Notes: generated by a model from the sequence alone, not told the origin. A DNA stretch of 64,000 nucleotides from Amoebophrya sp. A120 (GCA_905178155.1 CAJINV010000001.1:2125572-2189571); one strand, 5' to 3'. Shown: positions 54,101-64,000, counted from the first letter of the stretch. Numbers and translations: made by a program.

Positions 54101-57100
54101 CTCGCGCGCAAGGCCCGTAGCAATAGTTATTGCGTGCGAATTTGAAGGAAAAAGGAAACAAAGGAAAAAGGAGAATTTTATTTTGGAGTAGTTGAAGTGT
54201 GTTCTAAATTGTGATTGTGTAATTACAACATACAAGTTCCCAGACCCAAACTAGTACATATTTGCGTTTGATAGCATCGTCGAACCAACAACATGTTCTT
54301 CACCTTCTGGTTCCTCCGCTGCTGCTGGTGTGCTCGTCCACCACCAGTCGTCGTATCACGAGAAAAAAGTGTTACAGTTACACATTTGTTTGAGCTTCTG
54401 CATCACAAATTTTCGCTGTGTGACAGGGAAAACTTGCAATGCGAAGATTATAAAGGGAAAACAGGAAGGAAACGAGGCTTCCAAGCATTTCCTGCATGAG
54501 AAAGGTTGCCTGTGTTGCCGGTCTTGCAACACAATGTGTAACTGTAACACTTTTTTCTTGCGATACGTTGAGCTCGAAGTCTACTACCTCCTGCGGACCA
54601 GCAAAGTAGAGACCAGCGTGTCCTCCTCGTGCGCGAGAACCTTCTTTCATCCACATGCTTCCCGGGGGCGCACGCGCACGACGAGGAAACCGATCCACTA
54701 CTTCGTCGCCGACTTGCAGCACCGTGACCCCTTTCTCCCGCTGCTTGGCCTTCTTCTGTTCCCGGTGAAAGGAAGCCCTCACGAGCCCCTGCAGCTCCGT
54801 GAGCAGCTTCGGGTTTGCAATCTGCCGGCGCAGCACCGTTCTCACTCGCATCATGACCGCGTAAAGCTCGGTGCTCTCCATCTTGGCCAGCATTTCGTAC
54901 ACCCTCGGATCGAGTTTTTCAACTAATTTTCGCTCGCTGAGTGGCGTGCGCAGAATCTTCTTGGCGCTCGCAGCCAGGTCCTGTGCCCTGGCTAAAAGCG
55001 CCGCCGGGGTGATTATGCACCACATTTTCTGCGTCCCCTCCCGGAACCGGTCGGGTTATCAAAATCAAAAATCCCCCCTCCCCATATTCAAAACGACGGG
55101 TCTGATGTTGTCGGAACTGCGTACACAAATAAGGGATCGCTGCTGGACGATTCTCAGTCTGCGCAGGCGAGTTCGAGTCTAATTGCTTCGCATGTTGGTA
55201 CTAGTGAACGGCTGCCCTGTAGTACTAGCCCCAACAGCATGAAGATAAATCGCTTCCATAATGGGGCGGAAACCCCTGCTCTTGCCTTCTTGCTGATTTG
55301 TGGCCACAGATCAGCATCACAAATTTCCATTTTGAGCACTCATGGGACGAAGGGGGAACTTTTCCTCATGGCACGAGTGCGGCCTTCCCGCCGTCCTCCT
55401 TGCCACGCACCGCGTCCGGGAAAAGCAGTTCGAAATATCACGCAAAAAAAATGACTTCCAGCACTGTGACGCATTTAGTGCAGCAGGATCTACTGCGTCA
55501 CAAGGTTGTCGCAGCACATGACGAAAGAAATGCAAATCTACTTTCATGCGTGCATCCCAACATTGGCGGATGATGAATATAACACATCTTTCTAAAATCA
55601 ACAATCCGTTGCCTTGCACTGGTAAGAGGAAAAACTACACTGCTGCACCCTTGCACGACGCTCTCCTGTATGTACAACTGCTTCATGATAAGTTTTTTTA
55701 CAGTGAAGCAGTACTTTTTTTTGACGATACGAAAAGTACGAGTTGCATTATGTCCGTTGTGGCCGCTCCCAGTTTCGCCACAACGTTCCCAGTTCCACCA
55801 TGATGATGATCATGATGATGCCGGTGGTGGTGGTGGTGGTGGTGGTGATGATGGTGGCGGTGGTGGTGGTGATGATGGTGATGATGATGATGGCGATGAT
55901 GGTCATGATGATGAGGATGATGGTGATCACCATTCCTACCACTACTTCCCCCGCCCTTGGCGTCCAGGGCGAAAACGAGCGTGCGCGAGACTTCGTTCAC
56001 CACGTAACCCAGGCGGGTGTCCAAAAACACCGCAAACTGGCTCGCGGCCACGTTCCACAAGCGACGCAGGGGGGACGCCACTAGTTCGCCGACGGGAAGC
56101 GGCCCCAGTTTCACGGCCCCGAACGCCTCTACCAGCGGGTCGATCACGCGGGCCTCGAACTCTTCCAGCACTTTCTGACTGATCTCGTTCGGGCACACTT
56201 CGCCGCTCCCATCTACATCTAACATGTCGATAAACATGACCAGATGGGAAGACAACAACGCCGATATCAGGGGCGGGATGCGTTGGCTGAAAAAGTTGCC
56301 CACTTCGTCTTTGAGGTGCTCTATGGGGTGCAGCATCTTGTTCGTTTGTTTCGAAAAAAAGTCGGCAGCCGATGTCCACATGTCGGAAGTAGTGCTGTGT
56401 AGTGTCTTGCGCGGTGGTGGTCGCTTGTGCGGTCGCGTTCGTTCTTCCGGTGGCGTCGTCGGCGCGCGTCGAAAGCCAGCGGCAGTCGTCATGTTGTGCC
56501 ACTTTTCGGTCACCCATTTTTCGACGCCTTCCTCTCCCTCCCTGCGCGCCATGAAAGAGGAGGCGCTGCCCCCGGAGAACATCGCACCCATTCTTTCCAG
56601 GAGCGGCTTCATGAGGTCCCGCACAAGTCCCCCGAAGTTCAGTGCGTGCACGGGGAGACGGATGTAGCCCGGCCGGTTAATGGCGCTTTCTCCGGCGGGC
56701 ACGGGCTCGCACCCTATCTCCACCGAAACTTGATCGGACAGCTTCGCACACTTCTCCCAATTGAGGTGATTTGTCCACGCTATGTTGTCAAACACCCAAG
56801 AGCACGCGAGGTCCTGACCCATTCCCTCCATACAATCCGCGCCTTGAAGGTCGCAGTCGCCAGATGCGGATACTCGCACGCGTGCGGTCGCGATCATTTC
56901 CCGGGCTCGAGACAGACGTCCTACGTCGTCGTTTATCGTGTAGCACTCTTTCTGCAGCTTTTCGTACGTCACCGCAAACGACTCAACGTGCTCGTCAAGG
57001 TGCAGGTTGTTGTCCGCGCTCTCCTCCAAGTTCTTTTCTTCCCCTCTGCTCTCCGCAGTTTCGGTTTTCCCCTGCCGATCCGCTTTGATGCCTCCCTCCG

Positions 57101-58643
57101 CTTTTTGTTCGGAGGACTGACTAACTTTTTCCGTTATTTTATCCGTCGCGCCAGCTTTCCCTGATGTAGTAGATGCTTTCCCTTGCGACTTATCCGTATG
57201 ATGATGCTGTTCCTGATGATGATGCTGCGCACTTTTGGATTTTTTCGTCTTTTTGATTTTATGGCGGGCCCTTCGCTTGCTTCTTCTACCCGGTACCATT
57301 AATTCCAGGATAGATTTTCCCTCCGCAGCCCCTGGGAAGAAGACTGGGCCTTCCTCTATCAGCTGTAGCATGGACGTGACACCATTCGGGAAGAGGGGCG
57401 AGATCTTCACTACTGTTGTCGCATTCTGGGGGGCTCCTGCGCCAGCAGCAGTTGAAGATTCGAGGCCATCTTCGTGGACCCTTTCGGAGTTCTGCGCTCT
57501 TGCATCAACTCTCGTCCAGCTCGGCGACAGAAGAACTTCGTCCTCTTCATGTAGTTGTGGAGATGTTGTTGACTCCGGTTTGGAGGTTTCTTCCTGCAGA
57601 ACACTGCTGCTGCTGGCGGGTACTATAATTTCTTCCCCAGCACCTCCTGCTTCCGCTAGAACATCTTGATCTGTCTCGTCGACCTCGTGCGTCTTCAAGG
57701 TGTCGACCGAAACAGACGGCGTCGATGTTGTTGACACTGGTGAGGACCTCTGATCTTCCGCGACGTCATAAAAATCGGGTGGAGATTCCTCCTCTTCTGC
57801 TGCTGCGCTTTGCTCCTCCGCAACGACGACGCCGCCACCGACCTCGACAACGCTCTGGCGGTTGATGTTAGGCGGGTCTTGTCGTACCGCCCGGACAAAA
57901 ATGAGCCACATTTTGTTGTCCGCATCATTATCTTCCCGGAGTAGATCACGCGATGTCGAGCCGTTGCGTTGTAGTTGTTGCGGAGAGAGATGTATTTCTA
58001 CCTCTTGCTCCTGCTCGCGCACACGCAACAGCAAAATCATTCCGGCAAGGTGCTGCGCCAACAGTACCAGCCCGCAAATCCACATGAGGAAGTAGTGCTG
58101 CCGCGCAGGAGCACGACCACCGATGTGGTCCTTTACTACGGGAGATGATGTGGACGACCTGAAGCCCGTCCATGTTGAAAAAGCTCGTTTAGAATTCCGT
58201 GCCGTAGGTCGAAAAGTCGATGTAGTTCCTGCTTTTCTGCCCGATGAAAATAGAAATACGGACGTCGCGGCACCTGTGACGTTGTTCCTTGCAGGAGTTT
58301 CGTTGCGTTCTACTTGTTGGGCCGGCCTATTCTTTGATGTGGTGCTCATCTTCTTGGCTCCTGAGGTACTAAACGCTCTGGTTGCACAACTACCGGGTAT
58401 CACCATCTTCATGGAGTTGTGCAGCGCCACCAATGCTGCAAGCCGAGCGTTCCCTTCACGACTTCCCTGCTGTATCAACATCTCCCTCGAAGTTGTTCTT
58501 GTCCCCGGAGTGTTTTTATCAACTTTGCCTCGTTGTTTCAACACCCGCCCTGGACAACGTCGTGGAGGAGCAAGAGTCCCTGTGTCGTGTCGCTTCATCT
58601 CACCTCGACGAGCACGCCGGCCCTGCTTTCCGATTATGACCAT
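51117..58643 (-). CDS. Large protein with two copies of an unrecognised Cys/EF-hand-like domain and a poly-His tract; 10 exons, 9 introners
   Basis: Repeat pairs: WVFDNIAW…KCAKLSDQVSV / WVFDNEAW…KCAKLSEQISV; LDVDGSGEVCPNEIS / LDADKSGEVCPNEVS; ELLFPDAVRGK / ELLFPDHVRGK. All nine junctions restore frame. N-terminal hydrophobic segment. Confidence 0.8.
51320..51657. mobile_element. Introner, weak TIR
   Basis: DR cttgt/cttga; tatgcatcgcaaa…ttttgcagtgaata; restores DVKKKLED. Confidence 0.75.
52391..52609. mobile_element. Introner, short TIR
   Basis: DR atcca; restores NSGFVR (paralogous repeat has NRPGYIR). Confidence 0.82.
52784..53027. mobile_element. Introner family D (diverged)
   Basis: DR catgc; interior similar to 54354. 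Confidence 0.85.
53102..53448. mobile_element. Introner with about 50-bp TIR (TGT left end)
   Basis: DR gacgt; TIR core gacaaagtcgaaaaat.tgcgatgca; restores DDVDRV. Confidence 0.9.
53489..53750. mobile_element. Introner family A
   Basis: DR tatcg; restores AYDKLK. Confidence 0.92.
53816..54273. mobile_element. Introner family A, long variant
   Basis: DR gcatc; right TIR has a small insertion; restores STMLEL. Confidence 0.85.
54354..54565. mobile_element. Introner family D
   Basis: DR cgtcg/cgttg; homologous to 29307. Confidence 0.9.
55057..55373. mobile_element. Introner family G (right end GCA)
   Basis: DR cgggt/cgagt; left end like 61080; restores KAA(L/P)DRF. Confidence 0.75.
55436..55729. 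mobile_element. Introner family D-like (diverged)
   Basis: DR cgaaa; restores LVLFELLFPD. Confidence 0.85.
55795..55930 (-). repeat. Coding CAY trinucleotide repeat (poly-His)
   Basis: (tga/tgg)n on + strand, in frame as HHHPHHHDHHRHHHH…. Confidence 0.85.
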
Positions 58644-59421
58644 CGATCTTGATGAAGGAGACGCAGACGTTTTTTTATTTCACGAGCGTTTTCTAGTACG
58701 GGAGACCACTTCTGCTTCTGACCGGTAGGCCGCATGAAGATCTTCTCATCGTCGGTAACAAATAGCTGTTGCCCTCAAGTACATCAGCGACGGCTCAGCG
58801 ATCCTTTGTGCTCAGATGCATGCTGTGATATCGAAAAATAAGGACCCCTCTGTCTCCCGAAAAGTGGACCCTCGCTTTACGATTTTTCACTCGTCCGAAC
58901 TCTTATACTATTACTACCCCATCGCTTCGCAGCCACGACCCCGGAACTAGCAGTCTAGAACTTCCGCACGATGACAAGCAGGAACATGATCAAAGAGGTG
59001 TCACTAGAGATGATTCCATGAGATTCATTTCTCCAGACCAGTGGATAAAAACCACGAATTGACTACAGCATCAGACTTACTTCCCAGGTCGTCAGGACGA
59101 CCGGGACTGCACACAGAAGATTGAGAAAACTTCCGCACCAGACAGGTGGTGCCTCCAACCGTTGAATACAGCGGCATCAACAATTAAGATGTTCATGTAC
59201 ATGTAGCAGACACATTCATGCCGCGCTTCTTGAACGAAATATGGTTGGCCATTCACCACACATATTTACCCCGGATGCAGATGGACTGCTCAACACATTT
59301 ACTATTAGGGCTCGCGCTGCTCCGGCTCTACTTCACAAAAAAGAAAAACTCCTCCTGCAACTGCATGAACATTTCATCTCGAAGGCCGGGACTAGATGTT
59401 GATCATCTTCCCAGCTGCTCT

Positions 59422-62153
59422 TCACTGCACACCGCACCCGGCGTCCAGTTCGGGTTGCCCCTTGCGCTTCCGCAAGATATTCCGCATCTCCAGGAGTGTA
59501 CCGGGCTGTTGCCGCAGAATCACGTTGGTGAAGGTGGTATCCAAGAAAAAAAACTGTGTATAGTGTAGGTCTTTTCTTTGGGAAAACAGCATCACAAGTT
59601 TGTCTGCCATGACAGGCAAAACTTGTGATGCGCAGATACGAAGGGAAAACACATAGGAAGCGAGCCGATCATGTACGTCGAGCATGACAAGTGTAAACTG
59701 TTTTGCATTTTCTGCATCACAGATTTACACTTAGTACACACTTTTTTTCTTGCATAGGTGGCGGGGATGTTGCCCTTGAAGTCCAGCGACGAGATGTAGG
59801 TTGCCTCCGTGTTCCCCCGCCCATTATGCACCGAACAAAGTGGCACAGTTACACATTGTGTTGCAAAACATGCAAAACAGACGACCTCTGTCATGCGATA
59901 AATGCTTAGAGGTCTCGTTTCGTGTGCGTTTCGCCTTATGAATATGATCTCTGCATTACAAGTTTCCTCCGTCATGCGAGGCAAATTTGTGATGCTGAGA
60001 ATTCAATACAAATGTGTAAGTGACACTTTTAGCCTTGGATACCCATCCGCCTTCAGCCAGTAGCCGCTATGCAAGCCTCAGCATGGAAATTCTCATCAAA
60101 GTGGATGAGCTAATTTGTGCTGCATGAAATGCGACACCAAAAAGACTGCATTGCAGAGAACGCAATGGAGGTCGACTATTGTGCGCCTACTGGTTCAGAA
60201 TTGGGCTCCTGGTTAGCACGAGAGAAGGGCACCCCTTTGCCTAACTAGCATGACAGACACGCTTTGAGTGCCCGGGAAATTTGCCATGCGCCGACTAGAA
60301 ATGGTGCTTCAACTGGAGTCGTTTTTTTGCATTCCAAATTATAATTATTTTCACTTTGGGATTTTCCACCCTGAGGCTTTCATAGCCGCATTCCCGGAGT
60401 TCCGCCCGTACGACCCCCGGTTTTTCCGGGATCTATCAGATGCAAATATGTCTGGGTCTGGAAACTTCTGATGCTAAAATGTGGATGATGGAAACAGTTC
60501 CGAATGCAACCCAGCGTGACAACTTTCCAGAACGCGTTCTCATAGGCAATCCGCATGAGAAGCTGCGTTTTTGCATGTCTGTGCAAAAGAGGCTGCGACT
60601 TTTGTTGGTCTATGCAATATAGATTTTCTAAGTATGGAACGCTAGCCTTACAAGTTCCAACCTTCTCCAGACCCAGACACTTTTGCAATCCATAGGATCG
60701 CCTCGTCGGCCACCGACTGCGCCACCAAAACGCAGCCAAAGTCCGTCGGGTGCCACGCTCGCAGTAGGCACAGGTCCCGCGGCTGCACAAACAGCGCGCC
60801 CTTGTACGCCAAGTGGGCCAGATCGCACCCGGCTGCTTGCGTTGATGTTCTTGTTGATGCGCGTGTATTAAGAACTGCGTCGTTGTGGGCTACTGTGGTC
60901 GACTGTTCATCTTTACCATCATCTCCGCCTGCTGCGCCTTCGTATTGCACATGAACCCTGCCATACTCCATCTGCGAATCCCAGAGTTTCCGGCGCTCCA
61001 AATCCACGATCAGTCCCAGGATCTCCGCCGGCTCGGTTTCGGGAAACACCAAGCGTCCACGCACCGCGATGATGTCGTCTATCAAAATGAAAAATCTCCC
61101 CTCCCCATATTAAAACGGAGATTTGTGTAGCATGATTTGTGATCACAAGTGGCGTTGTCATGCTAGAAGGGAAGAGATTCGGATTGTATTGCTGGCTGGC
61201 GCAGGAATGGAAAGCCTTGCGTCTTCAGCATGACTATGACGGCAGTAACGTGCCCAACCCCTAACTTACCCATGGGGGATAAAAAAAAAATTTCGGTTTA
61301 TCTTATATAGATAATATAGATATTTATATAAGCTACCTAGTTGAAATAGATATATAAGCTCAGTAGCTAGAAAAGGCGTTTTTGAAGGCTTCCACGACGC
61401 TACTCCGCCGACATCCAGCCTTCAAAAACGCCTTATATACATAAGCTATTAAGCTAACTAAAAACAAAGCATTTTCGCTAGCTATTTAATATATAACTAC
61501 CTTATTTACACCGAAAAAAAAAAACTGTATCCCTTTGGGTAACTAGCCTGTTGGGCACGTTACTGCCGTCATAATGACAAGAAGCAACTGGAAACGGGAA
61601 ACAGCGTGACAAATTGCCTCCAAACGAGGTAGCAACCGCGTCTCTTGGCCTTCTGGCAATACAAAGCGATTTTTGTACTCAAATACAGCAACACAAATTC
61701 CGTTTTCGATATGGGGAGGGCGGATTTTTCTCCACAATATCGTCCCCGACGTATTTTTTGCCGACGTACCGAGCGATCTCGAGTTTTTCGGCGGAAATCC
61801 TATTGTTCAAGGGCTTGGCGCCAGAACTCGATGAAGTAGAACTAGTTTGTTTTTCGCCGCTCTGGAGCACCATCCAGTCATCGTAGGATTCCGCTTGTTT
61901 CTCCAGTATCCTGTGCAAAAGTATCGTACTCGTATAAATGCTGGTCTTGCATTACAAATTTCTTTGTCAAGGCAAATCAGCATTACAAATTTTATTATTA
62001 TTTCTCATGCTGAGAAAATTTGTAATGCATTTATACGAGTTGTACGATACTTTTGCAGTTCATATCCAGAAAATCCAGGCAGCCCTGACGAACGGCCGCG
62101 AATTCGGGAGACAACGCGGTGCTGATGGGGTTCGTGCTGGTGGGAGGAGACAT
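59422..62153 (-). CDS. START (lipid-binding) domain protein; 7 exons, 6 introners
   Basis: Spliced: DDWMVL, DDIIAVRG, RKLWD, VQPRDLCLLRAW, SVADEAIPEKPGVVRAELRECGYWLK, LDFKGNIPATFTN. Confidence 0.85.
59538..59756. mobile_element. Introner family D-like
   Basis: DR ggtgg; similar to 43864; restores IPATFTN. Confidence 0.9.
59825..60041. mobile_element. Introner family D (inverted relative to 29307)
   Basis: DR cccat; restores KADGRG. Confidence 0.87.
60068..60384. mobile_element. Introner family F (inverted relative to 41291)
   Basis: DR gccgc; restores RECGYW. Confidence 0.92.
60434..60694. mobile_element. Introner family A
   Basis: DR ggatc; restores EAIPEKP. Confidence 0.92.
61235..61573. 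mobile_element. TIR element nested inside an introner
   Basis: Perfect 24-bp TIR tatgacggcagtaacgtgcccaac; DR atgac. Confidence 0.9.
61266..61542. mobile_element. AT-rich MITE-like segment, possible third nesting level
   Basis: ttaccca…tgggtaa ends; flanks ctaac/ctagc; internal 18-bp IR aaggcgtttttgaaggct (61373-61390 / 61417-61434). Confidence 0.55.
61907..62064. mobile_element. Introner family B
   Basis: DR tccag; close to 44516; restores LDFLEKQ. Confidence 0.93.
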
Positions 62154-62774
62154 TGGGTTTCTTGGGATTGGGTTTCTTCGTTGTATGTTGACGCAGCGTG
62201 TTCTTGTGCGAATATCTTGTATGTCAATGTTCTTGTCAACGATCCATTTGCGATGTTATGTTAGTGTTGCTCTAATACGGTCGATCTACTTCTGTCGCAG
62301 GTCGACAACTTCAATTTCTTGTGAAGGCAACGCAGAAAATAAGCCAAAACGTTGAATCGCGCTCAAGCTCAACGAACAAAAACTCTCTGAAGAAGAAACA
62401 GCCTAACAGGACCGATTTCTGTGCCAGCATCTGCACTCTACCGTCTCTGGTGTCAAGAACACTAACACAAGCACATGCCTGTTTATTGACCTTTAGTTTT
62501 ACTGGCACTATGATCGCCTTCTCCGTTTTGTGTGTGTAAAATAGCAGCACCCAGAACCAGGTGAAAAAAGGGGCGAGGCCCACCGGGGCCATTAGGTTCG
62601 CTATGGCCAACCTGCAGCATCCAGGGCCGTCACGTCGAGTCCCCTCGCCCCCACGGTTTTTGATTCATTTTCAAGTGGTATCCATTCTCAACAACGACGA
62701 AGAACAACGACGAAGAACAACGACGAATAAACATCTTTTGCGTTTCGCGACTGTGTTTTTTTTTTTGCGTTTTT

Positions 62775-63040
62775 CGCATATGTATTTTTTTGTGTTTTTC
62801 TCATATGTATTTTTTTGTGTTTTTCTCATACGTATTTTTTTGTTGAATAGAGGTAATGTACGGGGAGTGGCGTACTAAGAAAGGCGCAAGGATCCTCTCG
62901 AAAAGAGACTGCTGCTGCAAAAGAAAAAGGGGACTGCTGCTGCTGAAAAAGGGGACTGTTGCTGCTAAAAAAGGGGAATGCTGCTGCTGCTGCTGAAATA
63001 AAAAGGGACTGCTGAAATACTGCTTGCAAAAGGGGCTCTG
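62775..63040. repeat. Intergenic degenerate tandem repeats
   Basis: catatgtattttttt(t)gtgtttttct units, then ctgctgctgaaaaaggggact-like units. Confidence 0.6.
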
Positions 63041-63429
63041 AGAATACTATTAGGCTTAGCACGGTTCAAATGATCATAGAAATGGGTAGAGTTGTTACTG
63101 TTTTGTTAACATGGGTTGAAGAAAAAAAAGAAAATGAAAAGTCTAATCTACTCCCTTGTGCGAACCTCGAATAAAGTGATAAAGTTTTATTGTAGTGCTT
63201 GTGCTGTTGCTGCATGTGATAATTTTCAAAAAATAGATGTAAATATGGCTCAAGCAAAAAAAACTTCTACTTCATGGACATTCAGAAAATTCGAATTTAT
63301 CAAATAAATGCCCGATAAGCATGCAATATGCAAAGAAGCTGAAGAATGCGGAGAAAAGTGAAATGATCAAAAGTTGCTCGTCAAGTTGTAGACCTCTTCT
63401 GTTTGTTCTGCGAACAGAATTTCCCGCGC

Positions 63430-64000
63430 CTAACAGTCAGAGGGACAGGCGGTTTTCTTGCAATCGTCGACAGTGAAGTTCGGACCGAACTGAGCCTTGT
63501 ATTGCTCGGTAGGATGGGCATGCGCGGCTTCACAGGTTTGTTGACAAGCACCACAGATCGGAGACGCAGAAGGCGTTGAAGTGTTCGCACCATTGCAGTT
63601 TGTGAAGCAGTCGGCGGTAGTCTGCCCTCCCATGGAGATGCAATTCCCAGCACAGTCGGCAGCGTCATCGTTGGGAATGTGAAAGCAGTTTTCCGACTTC
63701 GCTTGGCCCACGCAGACCTCTTTAATGCAGCTTGCTTGTGTTCCATCGCTTACGTTGCTCAGGTCAGAGTTGGAGTTCTTGCAACTCTCCACACATTCAT
63801 CGAAGATTTTAAAATCACACATCGGATTGCGCTTTTTTTTCATAAAACTCAGCTTCGCGGTCGTACGTTTTTGGGATTTGCCGTTCTGCCCCATTTGGAC
63901 AAAACCCACCGGATCGGTCTCGCTTCCCGCCCAGCTGTGGGTTGTCGGCGGCTTCTTCGTCTTCGACGCGAAGACAAACTCGCCGCTCCCCCCCCCCCCC
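63430..64000 (-). CDS. Cysteine-rich protein, 3' part (5' end at or beyond window edge)
   Basis: ORF 63430-63909 with repeated CxxxC spacing, ending CPSDC-stop. Confidence 0.55.
   Translation of the reverse strand, partial: GGGGSGEFVFASKTKKPPTTHSWAGSETDPVGFVQMGQNGKSQKRTTAKLSFMKKKRNPMCDFKIFDECVESCKNSNSDLSNVSDGTQASCIKEVCVGQAKSENCFHIPNDDAADCAGNCISMGGQTTADCFTNCNGANTSTPSASPICGACQQTCEAAHAHPTEQYKAQFGPNFTVDDCKKTACPSDC

Larger units (their letters stand above)
61080..61739. mobile_element. Introner family G hosting nested insertions
   Basis: DR tcgtc; TIR gaaaaatc..ccctccccatat..aaaacgga; restores VGDDII. Confidence 0.9.

Noticed and set aside
16794-60694. Recurring tgtctgggtctggaa repeat as a CRISPR array
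   Set aside because: Copies are dispersed inverted pairs bounding elements, not direct repeats with regular spacers; no cas genes; eukaryotic context.

Overview
Eukaryotic, gene-dense DNA with every credible gene on the minus strand (one co-oriented cluster of about 17 genes). The dominant signal is 41 short elements (111-660 bp) that interrupt exons. Each has terminal inverted repeats (TIRs) starting TAT (rarely TGT/TGC) and is flanked by a 5-bp direct repeat (DR). Removing the element plus one DR copy restored the reading frame in every case I traced. These are non-canonical 'introner' introns; only three can be read as GT-AG. They fall into several families, occur in both orientations in same-strand genes, share an internal GCAT[CGT]ACAA motif, and one carries nested insertions. 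This architecture matches what is published for the parasitic dinoflagellate Amoebophrya (Farhat et al. 2021); the taxon is my inference. Reconstructed genes: ALDH3-like aldehyde dehydrogenase, RING protein, EF-hand protein, PDZ-like protein, coiled-coil/SAP protein, M13 peptidase homolog lacking HExxH, YbaK/ProX editing domain, UBC-like + OGFOD2-like oxygenase fusion, an internally duplicated His-rich protein, a START protein and several low-complexity hypotheticals. All splicing was inferred by eye; no alignment or database search was run.
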